From Chlorokybus atmophyticus (taxonomy: Eukaryota > Plantae > Mesostigma and Chlorokybus algae): DNA of 64,000 bases. The stretch spans positions 2,194,846 through 2,258,845 of the forward strand of contig RHPI01002069.1 of NCBI GenBank assembly GCA_009103225.1, written 5' to 3'. Shown here piece by piece: positions 56,953-64,000 of the stretch. Position 1 is the stretch's first letter. Each line of letters starts with the position of its first letter. The notes below the pieces were generated by a model, which saw only the letters and a list, made by a program, of their open reading frames with translations, searched no databases and was not told the origin of the DNA. A program made the translations under genes and the position numbers.

Positions 56953-59900
56953 ATGAGGCAGCAGGGGCTGCTGCTTGTCGCAGCGGCGCTGCTGCTCGCT
57001 GGGCTTGCTGGCGCCGCACGCAACCCGTTTGAAGAGGCAATCAGTAAGCGGACGCAGCAATGTTATGTTTACAAGCTTGCATGTCTGTCCGCCTTGTGTT
57101 CTCATGGGCGGCTTCTGTCCGTGGCCGAACAGGAGCCAACCGCCACCTGCTGCAGTCCTCTGACGACATCACAGCTGGAGCAAGTAAGCACCGCCTTTGC
57201 TCGCAGTGAAGAGAAGAACAGCTTCTGCATGCTTGCTTCGAGCAGACAGTTTGCTAACGCGTTGACGCTTCGCTCAGAGTGCAGCCCATTTGGAGAAAGT
57301 GCGCCCTACTTTGCTGCTGTCTCAGTTCAGTACACCAGTGGCGTCACTTCATTCACCTACAACGTTAGGGTGAGCACGCTGCTGGCCGGTCTGAAACAGC
57401 ATAGAAATTGGTCTATGGCATTAGCACTGTTGTGTCTTGCTTGTCCTTACCTTACCATCTTCGTGTCATGCAGGAACTTGTCTCCAGCGATGGAACCGAT
57501 GTTGCCACGGCAAGTGCTGCATGAACTTCTTTGCTTTCAGTCTTGCAAGCAGTTACCCCATGATGTGTGGCGTGCTGATCAGATACATCATTAACAGTTG
57601 CACTGAATTGTCGTTCTTCTGCTGAGCAGCGAGCTGCCATTGTGACCACTCCCAACCTTGGCGCATTTGGCCTTTATGTTGGCACCTGCGAGCTGGGAAC
57701 TGATAACTCCACAATCACCTGGTCGCCTAATGGACGTGCGGCCAATGCTGGTGCTTCAAATGTTATCATCTGGAACGCTGCTGATTTCCAGGGTGAGATT
57801 GCAAAAAAATGTCAACGAAAGTAATGAAAGCAGCGTGCTTGTTGTGCATGATCAAATAAGTGGCTGTTGCTGCAGGCACTGATACCGATGCCACCTTCAC
57901 CGTCATCGTGAAGGGTCGTGCCACAGTTGGACAGAGCCTGGTTCTCTTCAACACTGCGCAGATTCTCACTGCTCCCATCTGTGGCCCGGTCTGCACTCCA
58001 CAAGAGACAGGTTGGCGCCAGTGCTATGCATATTGCCACTGGTTGCGCATGACAACCTGTGAGTGCATATCTGACGCTACATGCAGTGTTGCTGAGGCTC
58101 ATATGTAATGGCTTGCAGTGGCTTCTGCTCCTCCATCAGACTTTGTCCCCCCGCCTGCTCCCACCACAAACCCAGATGCGCCAGCAGGGTCACCTGTTGC
58201 GGGGCCTGTCCAGTCCCCACCTTCTGCCTTGGACCCCACATCCTACCCCGAGGGCACACGTAAGCGCAGCTTACTCTTTATAGCTCTTTAAATGTGCTGC
58301 ATTTTGCAAGAGACTGAGTTGCAACTTTCTACCATGCAGCTGTCCCTGCTGGTTCTTGTGGGTGCTGCGGTGCCGACGCTCAATGTGCTGTGAAGATTGT
58401 TCTTCCAGTCACATTCTACCAGAACGACTGGCTTGCGTTCAGCCGATTGAACCGTGCAGTTGACTTCCGTGGTCCTCACACCATGCAAGTAAGTGATCAA
58501 CAAAGAAGCTTGGGTGTAACTACAGGCAGCAATGGCCGCTTACTGCTAACAGCATGTAACGAGTATGCCTTGAGCAGGATACCCACGAGGTCATCTTTGT
58601 CAACGATGACTCTGCAAATGATGCTGTGGTTGACTCCATGAACATTGTTGGCCCCTGGAACACCACTGGCACTTTCCCGCTGAGTGTTCCCGCTGGCACA
58701 TCTGTCTCCATCAATGTTACTGTAAGGCTTTGGCATGATGTGGTTGTGTGATTGTCGTTTATTGCAGTACTCATGACCGAGATGATTGTCTTTGTGTGCA
58801 GTACTTTGGTTATGGCCATGATGGCATTGTGAACTACCGTGATGGCAAGCATTTTGGCGCTTTGGAGATCACCTCCGGAGGCCAAACCAGCACTGTTGGC
58901 ATGGGTGGCATCTGGCAGCTCTCACCCGAGATTGCTTTTCTGCCTTATGATGTAAGTGCAATCGATGTCACAATGTGAAGCACTATGCGCCGATTTGTTT
59001 GCTTACTTTTTACATGGTTTTCCGGACAGAAAACAAATGGCTACTCTGAGCCAACGGCGTTCAACATCACTGCGGCCTTGGGTCTCGGCACAGTTTTGAA
59101 GTATGATAGCCAACAAGTGGAGCCAGTGAAGGGTAATCCTTGTTTGATGTCTAAGTCTGCATTGGAAAACAGGTGTTGTTATGACATCCTTGTGGTACTT
59201 GCGGTATGCTGATATCTTGTTTGTCTCTTCCAGGTGGGCCATGGAATGGTTATGGAAGCAGCCAGATCACCAGCGGTGAAGAGGTGGCAAGCGACTTCTG
59301 GCAGGTAAAACTCAGTGCTGTTGTTACTCACAATCGTTATTTGTAGTGTGCATGAATACCAGAGCACACGCAAAGCAGGTTCATGACAGTCAATATTGCT
59401 TTGCACCTGTGGCTTTCAGTTGTTTGCAACAATTGCACTGCAGTTTATCAGAGTGGTACTTATGAGTGGTACTTCATTAACTTTCTGTTGATGACTTTTG
59501 TTCTTTGCAGCTCGCTGACAGCAGCAAGCCAGCGCGCTTGACAGCGGCGTTTCAGTTCCGCTCATGCTGTACGGAGCAGTCGAATGCCGTGTGGATTAAC
59601 AGGTTTGCATAAATGTCAAGCTGTCAGGAACTGTGCTTTGGATGTCGCAATGCTTCAGTCAGTGGTACTCACCGCTTGCCCATGCGCAGGGAGACCAAGT
59701 ATCAGGAAACGATCTGGGACACAACCCGCACAATCGATGGTGCTCGTGTGCACAACAGATTTGACAATGACTCCATTGCCACTGCCACCTTCACCCCCAA
59801 TGGCGTCTTTTACTTCTTTGTAAGACAGCTTCATTGGTGGCAGTGCTTGTGTGGGTTGGTCATGCCTGGCGGCAAAGAAGCTCACTAACTTTGGTGCATG

Positions 59901-60229
59901 TGTGCTTGCAGATGGCGTACACCAACTCAGACCACACTCAGGCCACGCAGGACTCGCGTTGCCTGACGGCTGATATTGCGCTCAGCTGCGGCAAGTACAT
60001 TCGCTGCTGGCCACTGCGCCTGCGCGATGGCAGCCTTGTAAAGGCCACCTACCACTGCCTGCACGACTACTCTGCTGGAAACTATGGTAAGCACCTGATG
60101 TCATGCGGCATGTGTGCATGTTGTTGATTTGCTTGTTTTGCTCATAGTGTACAATGTTTGACATGTGATGTCTATGCAGACTACAATGACAACTCCTGGT
60201 TCTTGGAGAATGTGGACCCCGTTGCTTAA
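56953..60229 (+). CDS. Secreted protein of unknown function (signal peptide, Pro-rich linker, C-terminal beta-rich domain), about 15 exons
   Basis: Hydrophobic N-terminus MRQQGLLLVAAALLLAGLAGA; RHLLQ motif; consistent GT-AG exon chain ending ...IRCWPLRLRDG...DYSAGNY|DYNDNSWFLENVDPVA* (TAA at 60227-60229). Confidence 0.8.
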
Positions 60230-61153
60230 GTAGGTTTCCGTTTTACATAGGTGTGCTAATCTCTGTTGTCTCCGTTGAGAAAACAGGTTTTGTAGTTCTC
60301 CTCTCTCACTGCACCACGTGTGGTGTTGTTCATTAATTTAGTTGCAAAACTGGTTGTATAATGCCCCAGCCCAAACTGTTGTAAAACAGTCAACTGACCT
60401 CATCTATCAGCTTTTGTTTGTATACCAATTTTAGCAAATTATTGCACACTCACTGTTGAGCATGCATTGGTTGATGTGGTTGTCATTATACACTGTTATC
60501 CTTGCTGTTGCTGCTTACACGCGCACAGATTATGCATGTTTTGCTAGCAGCCTGTGCATAGCATTGCTAACCAACCTTGCATGCTGCCTTATCCTCCCTG
60601 CATGCTTCACCCAAGCCTTGCCTACATGTGCCCGAATCCTCTGCCCTTGAAAAAGAAAACAAAAAGGAAATAGAGGGTTTGGTGTGTATCCCCTTAATCA
60701 CTCTTGCCTACAAATTTCTGCTGGCTAATGCATTTGACGCGCAGTGGGTGTGTTTTGTATGCTTGTCATGCCATTGTGTGCACATGTGCGAGTTAAACAC
60801 TAATGAGTCGATGCAAGGCAGCTGCAATGCTGTATAGTTAGTGTGGGACAAGTTGCTTTGCGCAATCTTGAGTGCAGTGCCATCGATCATGAGCCAATAT
60901 CACCAAACGGCTACTGATATTGTCCTCAAGTGTTGTACATCAGGAATTGTAACCATAATCCCAGCAGCTAAAGACTGTTATACTGATGTTGCAGATAACG
61001 TGCTTGGTGATGCCTTGGCATGCAAACCCTGATCAAAGACTGGCAAAGGCTATGACGCACAACAGTGTCAATGATGATGGTCAGTCACAAGAAAATCTTT
61101 GAACTGAGTTCACGCAACGCAACATTGGTCATGATGCGACAATTTCCTTCACC

Positions 61154-62474
61154 TCACGCTTCATCGCTGTTATCCATGCTCCCATTCTGTTGCACTGGTG
61201 CTGCTGAAGGCAGCGCATACCCTCCCGGCGCTACACTACTAGCAGCAGCAGGAGGAGGCGGAGGCGCTCCAGGGACACCTACTGTTGGTGAAACCCCCGG
61301 AGGAGCTCCCGCACCAAAGCCACCTGGCGGCGGGGGGGGAGGAGGCATGGCTCCATACCCTTGTAGAGGAGGTCGGTATCCCCCTTGGGGAGGTGGCTGG
61401 CCGTACGGACTTGGGCCCGCACCCGGCGGACCCGCACCAGGAGGTCCTGGAGGTCCAGGAGGAGCTGCACCAGGTGCTCCAGGAGCTCCAGGAGGACCAG
61501 GGGGTCCAGGAGGCATCATCCCTGGGCGGGGTGGTGCGCCGGCTGGCGGTGGCCCTAGAGGTCGATACATGCCTGTAGATTGAGTGTTGAAACCAGCGTG
61601 CATCCGATGATAATTAGTATCAACAAGACAACATGACAAGCTCCTTCAATAGTTGGTTTGGTTGGTTGGTTGTTGTAGTCTTGCTTGGCCCTTACCTGGA
61701 GGAGCGCCAGGCATGGGGGCGTGTGCAAGAGGTGGTGCATATGGCATAGGACCTATAACGCCCGAAGCATATGAGTGTACGAGCTTGCAGCGGTATCTAG
61801 TGTAAGCGCTGAAGTGCTGCACAAAGCAACCAAGCTAACAAACAAAGTGAACAGCGCAGGCTGCAGGCAGCAACTGAACTGCTCACCTCCTGGGTACATG
61901 GGCCGCATGGGTGGGGGGTACATGCCTGGCATGCCCTGCATTGGACCATGTGCATATGTATAAGAGACGACGCAGAGCGACAGCACATGAGAAAGCATAA
62001 TATACCAACAAGAGCAATGCCAGGACAAGCACACTGTCACCTGCACCGGTGCCGCTGTCAACCTGCTTACCCCGTATGGAGGTGGGTAAGCCATCTTCTG
62101 GTCCATCAGATGCGCCTGGTACTGTCCCTCGAATTGCTGGTAATACGTCCGCACATTCGCCTTGTGCTTGTAACCGGCATTGTGTTGCTTGCGCACAGAA
62201 GGCTGCATACACCAACATCATCAGCAACAGAAAGCATCTCCAGACTTCCTGCGCAACCCATGCTGGTTTGGCCTGATAGGGCCTATTGCAGTAACTGACA
62301 AGCATACCGAGTCGTGTGTCAAGTGCGTATCACAGTAGTCACAATAGTACCTGCAGCAACCGTAGCAAGTGCATTGTCAAGCACATACAACCTCTGTGGC
62401 GGCGTTAAGATAGTCACAAGCAGTACCACAAAACCACACTATCACATTACTACTGTGCAGACTCACCGCGGCAT
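61154..62474 (-). CDS. SNRPC: U1 small nuclear ribonucleoprotein C
   Basis: MPR|[14 protein letters not shown]|...[22 protein letters not shown] (matrin-type zinc finger), then a Pro/Gly/Met-rich tail; stop at 61154. Confidence 0.95.
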
Positions 62475-63007
62475 GGTGCTGTGTAATCTGCCGTCAGCGA
62501 GCGGTCGCTAGCCAGAAACTCACACCCTCATCGGTCATGCATGACACAACAACCATCCTGTAGATAGTTGATTGCTCGTTAAATGCTGCACGCGGTTGAC
62601 TCCAGCTCGACGTAGAGTGCGTGGGCAACATACGGGTACATACATACATATATCTACAAGCATCGTAGACAAGTGCATGCATGTAAACGACTGAAATACT
62701 ACAAGCCTGTAACATGCACACGCACAACACTCACCCACAAGAACCCCAAAAGTCGGTTGATTCAGGCAGCAATGCGACAAGATATTACGTAGTTAGTGCC
62801 TTGAGTTCATTTCTAAAGTGACAAAACAGTAACAAATTGAGCAAGCTTACTGTGGGCAACAGAAGAAAGCTGCAGCAAATCAGCTTACCACGGAAGCCCT
62901 GTGCTCCCCTGTGTCACAACCTCAACTCCTCGCTACCCAACCATGCAACAGCTCCAGTAAATCAACAATCGCAGACCAATACAGGTCCACTTTATTCAGT
63001 TTCAACC

Positions 63008-63075
63008 CCTCGTCCTCCTCCTCCTCCTCCTCCTCCTCCTCCTTCGCCGCCGCCCCTGCCGCCGCCCCTGCCGCC
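63008..63075. repeat. (CCT)n / (GCC)n trinucleotide run
   Basis: Visible run of cctcctcct followed by gccgcccct units. Confidence 0.8.
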
Positions 63076-64000
63076 CCAATGCATTCAGAAGCCTAGGGCT
63101 GGCTCCGAAACCCTAAACCAGCACAAGAACTGAAGCGCACTAGCGCACAAACGCACAAGCCAAGAGTCTAGTAAGAGAAAATCCCACGCCCCCCCCTCGG
63201 TCGCGTAGCGCGCTGCAAGTTTGCGCTTTCAGCCGCAGGCGGGCGTCGCATGATGACGCTGTCACAGCACACTGCGTGAGGCGTTTTGTTAGGCTTTTCG
63301 TGCACGAGGGGTGCGTGACGCGCACTGCGGCTTGACGGGGACCATCGCGCCCGGGTATCGCCGGTTCATTCCCTTTGCCTTCCCACCCCTGTTGCCGCGG
63401 CGGCAACCTTGTGGTCATCCTTGTGCTCATCCTTGCGCCCTGCGCTTCGGAGGGCAAGCTCGGGACGGACCCCCTCGGGGACGGCACGCAGGGCCTCGCC
63501 GGTGACATCACGTGACTCAACTGCGACGTGGCGCCGGTCTCCTAGGATGGTAGACGAGCGGGAGTGAGGCAGAGTTCTCAGCCTGGTGTAGGGTTGGAAT
63601 GAGGCGGCAGTGTATGATTGGTTGATGGGAGTGTAGAAGCTTGCTTACTAGCGCATGTGAGCGTTGCAAGTGAATCAAACGAACTGTACACTGCGTGCTC
63701 GCCGTAATCGGACGATGGGAGTTCCAGCTGGCCTTCTCGTTGGCAGAGTTGCCTCAAGCAGCAGCAGGTTTGGATAAAGCATGGACATTGCGCAACTGCA
63801 TGTGTGCACGTTGACTTGTGAACATACCTCCGCTGAGAGCGTTTGCAGTGTGCATGCAAGTATGTGACATAGCTACTCGTAACGTGGCTCGTGGCATGAG
63901 GTATCAGTAAGCAGAGTTGCATGCTTGCAGGTGGAGGTTAGCGGTACAGGCTTTCGCATGGGTATGACACATGGCTGGCGTGATCACGGACAAGCCCACA

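Noticed and set aside
63547-64000. Start of a further plus-strand gene (ATGGTAGACGAGCGGGA|GTGAG)
   Set aside because: A plausible start and donor, but too little coding sequence in the window to support a call.

Overview
Eukaryotic, intron-rich DNA, probably from a green-lineage alga (inferred from a plant-type prephenate/aspartate aminotransferase and algal-type chromoviruses). Host genes occupy both ends: the 3' part of MCM9 and a gluconokinase on the left (1-2.7 kb); tryptophan 2,3-dioxygenase, SERINC, ALG12, a prephenate/aspartate aminotransferase, an unknown secreted protein and U1 snRNP C on the right (39.4-62.5 kb). Between them is a ~35-kb island of nested transposable elements. It holds an intact, very young Ty3/Gypsy chromovirus (5936-11984) with 672-bp LTRs, an ATAAG target-site duplication (TSD) and a candidate -1 frameshift signal. 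It also holds decayed and solo copies of that family, a second chromovirus family, and a decayed Plavaka transposase interrupted by a non-autonomous element with CACAC ends and a 3-bp TSD. The most unusual feature is a decayed minus-strand unit at ~24.2-30.3 kb. It carries a probable tyrosine recombinase, an unknown ORF, a Cys-rich segment, a Tudor-like domain and a compact phage/bacterial-type C5 cytosine methyltransferase, with no visible reverse transcriptase: a candidate undescribed methyltransferase-carrying mobile element. Family calls come from motifs recognised by eye; no database searches were run.
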